A stretch of 64,000 nt of DNA from a virus: IMG/VR virus record IMGVR_UViG_3300034284_000578, positions 32,001-96,000 of that record; one strand, 5' to 3'. The translations under genes and the position numbers were made by a program. Positions 42,292-51,896 of this stretch are shown piece by piece. Below the pieces are notes generated by a model. The model worked only from the letters and a program-made list of their open reading frames with translations. It did not search any database and was not told the origin of the DNA. Numbering within the stretch: position 1 is the stretch's first letter; each line of letters starts with the position of its first letter.

Positions 42292-42639
42292 ATGAAAGTT
42301 CGATTGATTGATATTTATAGTTCTGTATCTGTTTTAAACAAATTAATTGAAGAACCACTTCCAACAAAGATTTCATTTAAATTAATGAAACTGTTAAACG
42401 TATTGAACGCAGAAGTTAAGTTAGTAGAAGATCAAAGATTAAAGTTGGTAAAGCAATACGCATCAGATGGTACGGTTGTTTCTGAAGAAAATAAAGAACT
42501 ATTTTTGAAAGAATTTAGTGAGTTTTTGAACGAAGAAGTAGATGTCTCATGGGAACCAATTGAAGTAGATACGTTGGGCGATAACATGAAACTTTCGGTT
42601 GCAGATTTAGCAAAAATTCAATATTTGTTTAAAGATTAA
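42292..42639 (+). CDS. Small helical protein (DUF1617-like), function unknown
   Basis: Strong SD; LP.KISFKL.KL...L..E....E..R.KLVKQY pattern. Confidence 0.7.
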   Translation: MKVRLIDIYSSVSVLNKLIEEPLPTKISFKLMKLLNVLNAEVKLVEDQRLKLVKQYASDGTVVSEENKELFLKEFSEFLNEEVDVSWEPIEVDTLGDNMKLSVADLAKIQYLFKD

Positions 42640-42662
42640 GTAAACAACATTTACAAAAAAGG

Positions 42663-42701
42663 ATCTCCTTGGTTTTATAAATAATGTAGAACCAAGGAGA
42701 T
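42663..42701 (+). promoter_or_regulatory. Hairpin occluding the gp13 RBS, with late promoter TATAAATA (42676-42683) in the upper stem/loop
   Basis: ATCTCCTTGGTT(TTATA)-AATAA-(TGTAG)AACCAAGGAGAT: 12 perfect pairs plus 5 more with G:U; the 3' arm contains AAGGAG. Confidence 0.88.
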
Positions 42702-42708
42702 TTTACAT

Positions 42709-43533
42709 ATGGCAAAACCTTCAACAAGGGAACAACTTAAAGATTATTGTCTAAGACGACTCGGTTATCCTGTTGTACAAATCAACGTGGATGATTCGCA
42801 AATAGAGGATCGTGTAGACGATGCTTTACAGTTTTTTGCCGAATACCATTTTGATGGTGTAGAGAGAGTTTATTTAAGAAAACAAGTCACTCAGCAAGAC
42901 ATAGAGCGGGGTTATATAGATTTAACCCAACCAACTTTGGCTGCAACTGACGATGGTATAGAAATTAAAGCAGCACCCGCATTAGACCCAGATGGTAATT
43001 CAATAATTAGTGTAATTCGTTGCTTTCAATTATTTGATACTTTGGGTGGTTTGGGTATGTTTGATGCAAAGTATCAAATCGCTTTAAATGACTTATACGG
43101 GTTAAGAACCAACACATATGGTGACTCGTTAATTGGGTATAACATAACAAGAAGTCATATGCAAATGCTTCAGGATATGTTGACCCCCGAGAAGATGATT
43201 GAGTTTAGCCGTGTCACAAACAGAATTTATGTGGAAACAAATTGGTCAGAAAAAATGACTAAGGGTGATTACTTGGTATTTGAGGCATATAAAATTCTTG
43301 ATCCTTCGTTGTATCCAGAAATCTATAATGATCGTTTATTAAAGATGTACTTGACTGCTTTAATTAAGCAACAATGGGGATTGAATTTATCGAAGTTTAG
43401 CGGTATGAGTTTACCGGGTGGTGTTTCATTTAATGGTGCTAATATGGCATCTGAAGCAAAATCAGAAGTTGAAAAAATAGAAAACGAAATTCAAGCCAAA
43501 TACGAACTCCCACCACAAGGATTTATAGGATAA
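42709..43533 (+). CDS. gp13: Neck protein
   Basis: MAKPSTREQLKDYCLRRLGYPVVQINVDDSQIEDRVDDALQFF.EYHFDG, ALIKQQWG.NL.KF.G..LPGGV. Confidence 0.96.
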   Translation: MAKPSTREQLKDYCLRRLGYPVVQINVDDSQIEDRVDDALQFFAEYHFDGVERVYLRKQVTQQDIERGYIDLTQPTLAATDDGIEIKAAPALDPDGNSIISVIRCFQLFDTLGGLGMFDAKYQIALNDLYGLRTNTYGDSLIGYNITRSHMQMLQDMLTPEKMIEFSRVTNRIYVETNWSEKMTKGDYLVFEAYKILDPSLYPEIYNDRLLKMYLTALIKQQWGLNLSKFSGMSLPGGVSFNGANMASEAKSEVEKIENEIQAKYELPPQGFIG

Positions 43534-43534
43534 A

Positions 43535-44251
43535 ATGGCTTTAAATCCACACTTTAATAATTACGCCTATAAGCCCCAACAAGATCTCATGGAAGATCTT
43601 ATTGAGGAGTCCATTAAAATTAATGGAATAAATGTCTATTACATTCCTCGTAGATTTGCAAATTTAGATCAGTTGTTTGGTGAAGATTCTACTTCTTATT
43701 TTAAAGATGCAATTCAAATAGAAATGTTTATGGACAACTACTCTGGGTTTTCTGGAGAGCGCGAAATTATTTCAAAGTTTGGTTTAGAAATAAGAGATAC
43801 ATTAAGTTTAGTTGTTTCGAAAAGAAGATTCCAAAGAGAAGCAGCAAAATTTGAAGTAATGGCAGATCGTCCAGTTCAAATAAGCAATCCAATGGAAGGT
43901 GATTTAATTTTTCATCCATTCTCAAAGGGATTATTTGAAATTAAATATGTAGATAACAAAGAAGTATTTTATCAATTTGGAAAACTATACACATATAAAT
44001 TAGAATGCGAACTCTTCAAGTACTCTTACGAAAACTTGAATACTGGTATATCCGAAATAGATTCAATACAAACAAATTTGACGCAAACTGTTACACAACA
44101 AATGGATTATAATTCCGATGGAATCGTAGACGAGACCATCACATCTATTCAAGATACAAAACAACAAAGCGATAATGATATACTACAATCTGGTACAAGA
44201 GATTTGATTGACTTTACTGAAATTGATCCATTCTCGGAGAATAAGTATTAA
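43535..44251 (+). CDS. gp14: Neck protein
   Basis: MALNPHF, QDLMEDLIEESIKING..VYYIPR, SKFGLEIRD, P.EGDLI, FYQFGK..YKLECELF.YS.E, IDFTEIDPF. Confidence 0.96.
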   Translation: MALNPHFNNYAYKPQQDLMEDLIEESIKINGINVYYIPRRFANLDQLFGEDSTSYFKDAIQIEMFMDNYSGFSGEREIISKFGLEIRDTLSLVVSKRRFQREAAKFEVMADRPVQISNPMEGDLIFHPFSKGLFEIKYVDNKEVFYQFGKLYTYKLECELFKYSYENLNTGISEIDSIQTNLTQTVTQQMDYNSDGIVDETITSIQDTKQQSDNDILQSGTRDLIDFTEIDPFSENKY

Positions 44252-44919
44252 TGTTTACTACTTTCTATCATGGTATTACAAAAAAGATAACAGCGGCTTT
44301 TGGTACGCTGTTTAATAACATTTACATAGAACGTGGTTCTGGGAATACTTATAAGAAAATAAAAGTTCCATTAACATATGCTCCAAAAGAAAGAATGATG
44401 GAGCGTTTAAATTTGGAATTAGATGATCCTGTTGCATATGCAACTGCGCTTGGAATACCAAGAATGTCATTTATGATGACAGGATTGGAATATGATACGG
44501 AAAGAAAACTGAATAGTTTAACAAAAAGACGCGCAGAAAAGGTACAAACAAATGGTGATGTTATCATTAATTATCACTTTAACGAAGTACCATATAAACT
44601 AGCATTTTCTTTATTCATTTATAGTCGCACTATGGATGATGGTTTAAAAATTATTGAACAAATATTTCCATTCTTTACACCTGAATTTACAATAACAATT
44701 AAACCAAGTGTATTGAGTGATGGTTATGAAAAATTAGATATTCCTATTACATTGGTTAGCACCAATACCGATCAACAATTTGAAGGATCGTTTAAAGACG
44801 ACAATCAAAGAACCATTATATTTGAATTGCAATTTACTGCTAGAACTTATTACTATGGACCAGTAAAAGAAGCAGGACTTATCAAAACTATCGACGTTAA
44901 TCTTTTCAATTTGGATTAA
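44251..44919 (+). CDS. gp15: Tail sheath stabiliser / terminator (core)
   Basis: FYH...K...AFGTLFNNI, KVPLTYAPK, PRMSF.MTG..YD..RK, VPY, QIFPFF.PEF, F...RTII..LQFTA..Y.YGP. Confidence 0.93.
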   Translation: MFTTFYHGITKKITAAFGTLFNNIYIERGSGNTYKKIKVPLTYAPKERMMERLNLELDDPVAYATALGIPRMSFMMTGLEYDTERKLNSLTKRRAEKVQTNGDVIINYHFNEVPYKLAFSLFIYSRTMDDGLKIIEQIFPFFTPEFTITIKPSVLSDGYEKLDIPITLVSTNTDQQFEGSFKDDNQRTIIFELQFTARTYYYGPVKEAGLIKTIDVNLFNLD

Positions 44920-44920
44920 T

Positions 44921-45088
44921 ATGGCAAAGAAATTAGTAAACATTCATATAGAACCAGTAGTATATTTAAAGGACACCAATGATGATTATGTCCTAGATAC
45001 TAATGGCGATAAAATTGAATTAAAGTCTGGAGTACAAGTAGTTCCAAGTGATGACTACGATATAAAAGAAACAATCACAGAATATTAA
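44921..45088 (+). CDS. 55-aa ORF resembling the detached C-terminal tail of gp15; absent from the ORF track
   Basis: MAKKLVNIHIEPVVYLKDTNDDYVLDTNGDKIELKSGVQVVPSDDYDIKETITEY*; fills the gp15-gp16 gap; P.DDY...ETITE resembles gp15 C-termini. Confidence 0.6.
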   Translation: MAKKLVNIHIEPVVYLKDTNDDYVLDTNGDKIELKSGVQVVPSDDYDIKETITEY

Positions 45089-45098
45089 TGGATACATT

Positions 45099-45554
45099 AT
45101 GTCATTTGATGAACTGGAAAAACAATTTAATATAGAACCAACCCCGCAACCAGAAGTCCCACAATTACGCAAAGCAACAGAAATTACTGTTCAAAAGGAC
45201 GATCTGGATAAAGATTATCTCACGGTAAGAGATAATTTAAAAGAACTAATAAACAAAGGTACATCTGCTATAGATGGTATTCTGAATTTAGCATCGGAAA
45301 CAGAACAACCAAGAGCATATGAAGTTCTTGCACAATTAATTAAAACTGTTGCTGAGACGAATAAAGATCTGTTGGATATGCACAACAAAATGAAGGTCAT
45401 TAAGGGAGAACCTCAAGCCAATACTCCCAATTCTGTAACAACCAACAACTCCATATTTGTTGGTAGCACAGCAGATCTTCAAAAACTGCTCCGTGGAAAA
45501 ATAAAAGAAATTGAGAAGTTAGAAAATAATGGCGATATTATAGATGCAGAATAA
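45099..45554 (+). CDS. gp16: Terminase small subunit
   Basis: DY..VRDNL..LI.KG..AIDGIL..A...EQPRAYEV..QLIK, TNNSIFVGSTADLQKLL. Confidence 0.95.
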   Translation: MSFDELEKQFNIEPTPQPEVPQLRKATEITVQKDDLDKDYLTVRDNLKELINKGTSAIDGILNLASETEQPRAYEVLAQLIKTVAETNKDLLDMHNKMKVIKGEPQANTPNSVTTNNSIFVGSTADLQKLLRGKIKEIEKLENNGDIIDAE

Positions 45555-47166
45555 AGAAAAAACATATCTTGGAAATCCAAATCTTAAGCGAGCAAATGTA
45601 AACGTTTCTTTTACTCCCGAACAAGTAGAAGAATATGTTAAATGCTCTCAAGATCCGATTTACTTTATTAAAAACTATGTCAAGATTGTAAGTCTGGACA
45701 AAGGACTTATCAATTTTAATATGTTTGATTTCCAAGAATTGTTTGTTGAAACTATTAATGAAAATAGATTCACAATAGGCAAAATGCCTCGTCAGTGTGG
45801 TAAGTCAACTACTCTGGTTGCTTATATTCTTTGGTATATTCTTTTTAATCCTACCAGTAATGTTGCTATTCTTGCGAATAAACAAACTGTAGCAAAGTTG
45901 CACATGGATAGATTGAAGGTTGCATACGAATACCTCCCAAAGTGGCTGCAACAAGGTATTAAAGAATGGAATAAAATGAGCATAGAACTGGAAAACGGTT
46001 CTAAAATTATTGCTGCTGCTACCTCTGCTTCTGCTATCCGTGGTGGATCTTTTAATCTCATCATGTTGGACGAGTTTGCTCACGTTCCCGAAAACATTGC
46101 AAATGATTTCTATACCTCTGTGTTTCCAACAATTACTTCTGGTAAGAGTACCAAATTAGTAATAATTTCCACACCAAATGGTTTGAATTTATTCTATAAG
46201 ATTTGGGTAGATTCTGCGGAACACCGAAACGACTTTAAGAATGTAGAAATTCATTGGAGTCAAGTACCGGGTAGAGATCAGGCTTGGCGGGAACAAGAAA
46301 TCCGCAACTTGGGTTCTGAAGACAAGTTCCGAACAGAACACGAATGCGATTTCATTGGTTCTACAAATACACTTATTAGTGCAAATAAATTAAAGACTTT
46401 GGTATTCCGCAATCCAATTTATAAAAATGACGATGGATTGAAAGTTTATGAAAAACCAAAAGAGAAGCATAGTTATTTGACTTTGGTTGATACCTCTAGA
46501 GGACAAGGATTAGACTATAGTGCATTTTGTGTACTTGATATAACTGAGATGCCCTATAAGGTTGTTGCTGTGTTTAAAAATAACATGATTTCTCCTATGG
46601 TATATCCCAATATTATTATGAATACTTCTAGGGAATACAATGAAGCATTTATTTTAGTAGAAATTAATGATATTGGCGGACAAGTTGCTGATATTTTGTA
46701 TAAAGAATTGGAATATGAAAATGTTCTAATATCTTCGGTACGGGGAAGAAAGGGTCAGACTTTAGATGGTGGGTTTGGTAATTCGGATACCCAGTTGGGT
46801 GTACGCACCACAAAGGTTGTAAAGCGTCTAGGATGCTCCGTATTGAAGAGTATGATAGAGAGCGACAAACTGATACTAAACGATATCGATATCATGCGGG
46901 AACTTGTTACCTTTATTTCAAAAAATAATTCATATGAAGCAGATACTGGCAGCAATGACGATCTGATCATGTGCTTGGTTCTTTTTGGTTGGTTGAGTAC
47001 ACAAACTTATTTTAAAGATTTGACAGATTTGGATATAAGAAAGACTCTATTTCAAAAGCAAATTGATGCGATTGAGGAAGAAATTATGCCTTTTGGTTTC
47101 CTAAGTAACGTGGATTATGGGGATGATGATGGGTTTGGTGGTGAATTTGGCAATACTATTTTGTAA
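45544..47166 (+). CDS. gp17: Terminase large subunit
   Basis: YLGNPNLK, Walker A PRQCGKST, Walker B LIMLDEFAH, STPNG, nuclease VDTSRGQGLDYS and DDLIMCLV. Confidence 0.98.
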   Translation: MQNKEKTYLGNPNLKRANVNVSFTPEQVEEYVKCSQDPIYFIKNYVKIVSLDKGLINFNMFDFQELFVETINENRFTIGKMPRQCGKSTTLVAYILWYILFNPTSNVAILANKQTVAKLHMDRLKVAYEYLPKWLQQGIKEWNKMSIELENGSKIIAAATSASAIRGGSFNLIMLDEFAHVPENIANDFYTSVFPTITSGKSTKLVIISTPNGLNLFYKIWVDSAEHRNDFKNVEIHWSQVPGRDQAWREQEIRNLGSEDKFRTEHECDFIGSTNTLISANKLKTLVFRNPIYKNDDGLKVYEKPKEKHSYLTLVDTSRGQGLDYSAFCVLDITEMPYKVVAVFKNNMISPMVYPNIIMNTSREYNEAFILVEINDIGGQVADILYKELEYENVLISSVRGRKGQTLDGGFGNSDTQLGVRTTKVVKRLGCSVLKSMIESDKLILNDIDIMRELVTFISKNNSYEADTGSNDDLIMCLVLFGWLSTQTYFKDLTDLDIRKTLFQKQIDAIEEEIMPFGFLSNVDYGDDDGFGGEFGNTIL

Positions 47167-47255
47167 AAATCGAAACACCATAAAATTATACATATTCCTA
47201 GCAAATAGTATTTTCTAATTATAGAAATAACACACGGCGTCTAGAAGGAGAAACA

Positions 47256-49082
47256 ATGGCAATTCAAATTAGCCCAGGCGTAAATGTAACAGAAAAAGAT
47301 GTCACACTTTTGGTGCCAGCAATCGCCACCACACCAGCAGGTATGATTGGCTTGTTCCAATGGGGACCAGGCAACGAACCAGTGACAATTACGAGCGAAA
47401 AAGAACTTTCAGAAGTATTTTATAAGCCAGCAAAAGCATCAGGCGTAATGACCGATGCCACCAAATACAACAGGTGGTGGTGGTCTGCTGCCAATTTCTT
47501 GTCTTACGGTAACAATATTAAAATTGTAAGATTTATTAACGATAGTGCTGGTTCATTTACCGCAACCTCAGGAACTGCTGCGGTTGCAGGACATAATCTT
47601 TGCGGATTGACATCATTTAGAGCATATACCCCAGTAGTTGGAAATGGATTCTGGGGAGCAAAGTATCCAGGCGAACTCGGCAACAGCATCAAGGTAGTTG
47701 TTTTAGATTACTATGCTGCTGAAACATATGATGCCGATACAGACGGAAACGCCAATCAATATATCGACTACATTGGTAATTTTGATGGTTTGCCAGGAAC
47801 ATCCCCTTGGGCAGAAACAGTAACCGGAGCAGAAATTAAAGACGAGATTCACGTTCTTGTAATTGATGCTGATGGTAAAATTTCTGGTACTGCTGGTACA
47901 ATTCTTGAAAAATTTGCATACCTTTCAAAGGCATCAAACGCAGTAAATCAAAACGGAACAACTAATTATTATAAAGATGTTATTAACAATGAATCAAAGT
48001 ATGTTTGGTCATTATATCATTTAGATAACGCAAGTGCTGCAAATAATTCATCAAATGTAAGTGCATTTGGTGCTGTAAGTTCCACTGGTACTACACCGTG
48101 GGGAACCGCCGTAACAACTACTACATCCGCCTTTAAAGTAGTTAAAACTGGTGAAAATCTTGTTGTTACTATGCTCTACGGTGGATTGGTTGGAAATACA
48201 CCAAATGATAACGATATCGCAGAAGCATTTAACACATACATGGGTGATCCAGAAATTATCGATGTTTCAATGTTCATTACCGGACCACTTGGTAAAACAG
48301 CGGCTTATCGTGTAACAGAAATAGCAGAAACAAGAAAAGATGTTGTGGCATTCGTGTCCCCAACACCAACAAATGGTTTCAATCAAACACCAAGTGCATA
48401 TTTGAATGACATCATCACATTTAGAACAAATGGAGATTCCACTTCATACGGTGTAGCCGATACTGGTTACAAATTGCAATACGACAATTATAACGACGAA
48501 TATGTTTATATTCCTCTAAATGCAGATATTGCAGGATTGTGCGCTCGTACAGACACAACAAACGATCCTTGGTTCTCTCCAGCCGGATTAAACCGTGGTG
48601 GAATTAACAGAGTAATCAAACTTCCTTTCAATCCAAATCAAGCACAACGCGATGATTTGTATAAGATTGGAATGAATCCTGTAGTTTCATTCCCCGGAAT
48701 TGGTCCTGTTCTTTACGGAGACAAGACTCTCTTAAGTAGACCATCTGCCTTTGACAGAATCAATGTTCGCAGATTGTTCATAATTCTTGAGAAATCAATT
48801 GCAACTGCCGCCAAGTTCCAACTCTTTGAATTCAACGATGAGTTTACAAGAGCACAATTTGTAAACTTGGTAACTCCATTCCTCAGAAATGTTCTTGGAA
48901 GAAGAGGTATCACCGATTTCCGTGTAGTTTGTGATGAAACAAACAATACAGCACAAGTAATCGACTCAAACAACTTTGTAGCAGATATCTATATCAAACC
49001 AAACAAATCAATCAACTTCATTCAACTCAACTTCATTGCTACACCAACTGGTTTGAGCTTTGAAGAGGTCGTTGGAGCCTAA
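47256..49082 (+). CDS. gp18: Tail sheath protein
   Basis: ISPGVNVTEKD, FQWGP, AKYPGELGN, PWFSPAGLNRG, SAFDRINVRRLF, FEFNDEFTR, IKPNKSINFIQLNF. Confidence 0.98.
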   Translation: MAIQISPGVNVTEKDVTLLVPAIATTPAGMIGLFQWGPGNEPVTITSEKELSEVFYKPAKASGVMTDATKYNRWWWSAANFLSYGNNIKIVRFINDSAGSFTATSGTAAVAGHNLCGLTSFRAYTPVVGNGFWGAKYPGELGNSIKVVVLDYYAAETYDADTDGNANQYIDYIGNFDGLPGTSPWAETVTGAEIKDEIHVLVIDADGKISGTAGTILEKFAYLSKASNAVNQNGTTNYYKDVINNESKYVWSLYHLDNASAANNSSNVSAFGAVSSTGTTPWGTAVTTTTSAFKVVKTGENLVVTMLYGGLVGNTPNDNDIAEAFNTYMGDPEIIDVSMFITGPLGKTAAYRVTEIAETRKDVVAFVSPTPTNGFNQTPSAYLNDIITFRTNGDSTSYGVADTGYKLQYDNYNDEYVYIPLNADIAGLCARTDTTNDPWFSPAGLNRGGINRVIKLPFNPNQAQRDDLYKIGMNPVVSFPGIGPVLYGDKTLLSRPSAFDRINVRRLFIILEKSIATAAKFQLFEFNDEFTRAQFVNLVTPFLRNVLGRRGITDFRVVCDETNNTAQVIDSNNFVADIYIKPNKSINFIQLNFIATPTGLSFEEVVGA

Positions 49083-49100
49083 TCGAAGAGGGAGCAATAA

Positions 49101-49646
49101 ATGGACATTAGCAAGTTTACATCTAAATTCGATGGCGGAGCAAGATCAAATCTGTTCCAATTCAGAGTCAGTAATTTACCATCAGGCATTCCTGCTTTCA
49201 ATGCGGACGATCAAATCATCCACGTTAAAAGCATTCAATTGCCAGAAACAACAGTTGGTGAAATTCCTGTAAATCACATGGGAAGAATTTACAAATTCCC
49301 AGGCGATAGAGTTTATAATGACGTATCACTTACTATCTTGAGTGATGGTAGTGATATGCGCGTAAGACATTTCTTCGAAGCATGGAACCATGTTTGGAAT
49401 CGTCATTTTGCAAACGTAGGATTGTTGCCAAATGCTGAAAACTTGAACGCTGTAGTTGAATTAATTCAATTGGATCGCGGTCACAACCCAATCAGAACAT
49501 ATAAACTACAAAAAGCATGGTGCAGTGATGTCTCTGCCGTAGATTTGTCACACGACAACAATGACGCTTTAGTTGAATTTACAGTAACATTGAAGTACCA
49601 CTTCTTCGAAGTAGACGGTAAGAACGGTCTTCACTTAAGACGTTAA
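49101..49646 (+). CDS. gp19: Tail tube protein
   Basis: GGARSNLF, LPETTVGEIPV..GR..KFPGDR, FEAW, QLDR, VEFTVTL.Y. Confidence 0.95.
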   Translation: MDISKFTSKFDGGARSNLFQFRVSNLPSGIPAFNADDQIIHVKSIQLPETTVGEIPVNHMGRIYKFPGDRVYNDVSLTILSDGSDMRVRHFFEAWNHVWNRHFANVGLLPNAENLNAVVELIQLDRGHNPIRTYKLQKAWCSDVSAVDLSHDNNDALVEFTVTLKYHFFEVDGKNGLHLRR

Positions 49647-49677
49647 CCTACCTATATACTCGTGAAGGAGTTTTATA

Positions 49678-51315
49678 ATGGCATTTGATATATTCGGTTT
49701 TACTTTTGGTAGAACTAAAGAGCAACAACAATCTGTTCCCTCAGTAATTCCCCCGGCTATGGACGATGGCGCATCCTTCGTCCAAGCCGGTGGTTTTCAA
49801 GGTTGGTATGTAGATCTTGATGGTACTGTCAAGTCTGATGTAGATTTGGTTAAAAAGTATCGTGAAATGAGTCTCCATGCTGAAGTTGAAATGGGCATAG
49901 AAGATATTGTGAATGAAGTAATAACAGAAGATGCTTCCGGTACATTTATTAAATTAAATATAGACAAAGTAGATTCTAGTATTATTCCAGAAGAAGTTAA
50001 AAAAGTTTTATATGACGAATTTAAACACATTTTATTCTTATTGGATTTCAATAGAAAGTGTTATGAGATTGTTCGTCGCTGGTATATTGATGGTAGGTTA
50101 TATTACCACATTATTCTGGAAGATGATCCACGACAAGGAATAAAAGAAGTACGACAAGTAGATCCTCTTAGAATTAAAAAAGTAAGAGAAATAAAGAAAA
50201 AACAAAAAGTAAATGGTGTTGATGTTATTGATGGTGTAGAAGAATATTATTTGTACACCGTTCAAGAAAGATTTAACATGTATGATACCACTCAAGGTAT
50301 CAAGTTATCTCCCGACTCCATTAATTACTGCCACTCAGGTTTATTTGATTACGGCACAAAAAGAGTAGTAAGTTATCTTCATAAAGCAATTAAACCATTG
50401 AACCAATTAAGAATGGTCGAAGATGCTACCGTAATTTATCGTTGGTCAAGAGCACCAGAGCGTAGAATATTCTATATCGACGTTGGTTCTTTGCCAAAAA
50501 ATAAAGCAGAGCAGTATCTGAGAGACATCATGTTGCGTTATCGCAATAAGATTACATACGATGCCGGTACTGGCGAAATCCGCGACGACAGAAAACACTT
50601 GAGTATGTTGGAAGATTATTGGCTCCCCCGTCGTGAAGGTGGTAAGGGAACAGAAATTCAAACACTATCCGGTGGTCAAAATCTAGGCGAAATGGAAGAT
50701 GTAAAATACTTCCAAAAGAAACTGTTTAGAAGTTTGAATATACCCATGTCACGTTTAGAAGCGGACAATGGATTTAACATGGGTAGAGCAGCAGATATTA
50801 GCAGAGACGAATTAAAGTTTGCTAAATTTATTTCTCGCCTTCGCTCTCGGTTCTCAGAGTTGTTCTTAAACTTTATGAGAACTCAATTGATTGCAAAAGG
50901 AATAGTAGATATTGACGAATGGAATAAGATTTGTCAATATATCCGATTTGACTATTCTACAGATTCAATGTTCTTAGAATCTAAGCAATCTGAAGTGCTA
51001 AAAGACAGAATGGCAATTTTGAGAGAAGTTTCCGATTATTCTGGTAAGTATTTCTCGGAAGAATGGATTAGAAAGAATATTCTTCATCAAACAGACGAAG
51101 ACATTCAATTGATTGATTCTCAAATTGAACAAGAAAAAATGATACAAGAACAAAAGCAAATGGAAGAACAAATGCGCGCCGAGCAATTGGCAGCACAAAC
51201 TATGGGTGTTCCTGGCGGTGCGCCTGGAGCGGGAGCATCCGCACCAAGTCAACCAACAGCAGTTGCACCACAGCAATCAACGGGAGTAGATTACGATGCC
51301 AGCAGCCTTTTATGA
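49678..51315 (+). CDS. gp20: Portal vertex protein
   Basis: YREMS.H.EV, RRWYIDGR, SYLHKAIKP.NQLRM.EDA.VIYR.SRAPERRIFYIDVG.LPK.KAEQYL, MLEDYWLPRREGGKGTEI. Confidence 0.98.
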   Translation: MAFDIFGFTFGRTKEQQQSVPSVIPPAMDDGASFVQAGGFQGWYVDLDGTVKSDVDLVKKYREMSLHAEVEMGIEDIVNEVITEDASGTFIKLNIDKVDSSIIPEEVKKVLYDEFKHILFLLDFNRKCYEIVRRWYIDGRLYYHIILEDDPRQGIKEVRQVDPLRIKKVREIKKKQKVNGVDVIDGVEEYYLYTVQERFNMYDTTQGIKLSPDSINYCHSGLFDYGTKRVVSYLHKAIKPLNQLRMVEDATVIYRWSRAPERRIFYIDVGSLPKNKAEQYLRDIMLRYRNKITYDAGTGEIRDDRKHLSMLEDYWLPRREGGKGTEIQTLSGGQNLGEMEDVKYFQKKLFRSLNIPMSRLEADNGFNMGRAADISRDELKFAKFISRLRSRFSELFLNFMRTQLIAKGIVDIDEWNKICQYIRFDYSTDSMFLESKQSEVLKDRMAILREVSDYSGKYFSEEWIRKNILHQTDEDIQLIDSQIEQEKMIQEQKQMEEQMRAEQLAAQTMGVPGGAPGAGASAPSQPTAVAPQQSTGVDYDASSLL

Positions 51316-51895
51316 ATTTAATATAGAACAAGGTTCTGATTTTATAACATCAGTAAAGGCGATGAAACCCGGCGGTGGTATTTTTCGCTTTATTCCAAAA
51401 GCAAATCAAACTGTTTGGACTGGTACAACTTTAAACATTGATGTGCCTGAAGAAATTAAGTTGTTTAAATCAACAGAATCTGCTGCATTCGGTTGGATGA
51501 AAGGTATACCATCTAGTACATTTTTGACGGTAAGAAGTAAAGTAAAAGATAATAAAGGTGTTTTACAAATACAAGGAACTAGAGTCTATACATTTAATGG
51601 TTCTACCAAAAGAATAACAACTACTAGTTTTAGTCCAGAGGCCTCAACCAAAGAACTAATAGAATTTACATTAGTTCCAGACAATACCGAATATAATTTA
51701 ACTATGAGAATGCCTGCTGGCACAACCTGTGGAACAAATGGTAACGCACCAACAGGAACAACATGTTACAGTGGAAAATATCTTTATGATATTGAACTGG
51801 AATATAAAATTGGAGATGAGGGAGAAACACCAACCCCATTTGTTATTCGTTTATTGCAAGGAAGAATGACATTTAATCCTAACGTAACCACGTAA
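51296..51895 (+). CDS. BppU-like / fibre-adaptor protein inserted after the portal
   Basis: MPAAFYEFNIEQGSDF N-terminus and GKYLYDIEL...RLLQG.MTFNPNVT C-terminus, a common phage virion adaptor pattern; overlaps the gp20 end by 20 nt. Confidence 0.6.
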   Translation: MPAAFYEFNIEQGSDFITSVKAMKPGGGIFRFIPKANQTVWTGTTLNIDVPEEIKLFKSTESAAFGWMKGIPSSTFLTVRSKVKDNKGVLQIQGTRVYTFNGSTKRITTTSFSPEASTKELIEFTLVPDNTEYNLTMRMPAGTTCGTNGNAPTGTTCYSGKYLYDIELEYKIGDEGETPTPFVIRLLQGRMTFNPNVTT

Positions 51896-51896
51896 A

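Noticed and set aside
47167-47255. tRNA or structured ncRNA in the gp17-gp18 spacer
   Set aside because: Only a weak AT-rich stem (TTTCTA-ATTA-TAGAAA) and a possible late promoter variant TATACATA; no cloverleaf
45544-51315. Inteins, group I introns or homing endonucleases in gp17/gp18/gp20 (also gp23, uvsW)
   Set aside because: Normal lengths, continuous conserved motifs, and no intein termini or HNH/GIY-YIG/LAGLIDADG ORFs seen
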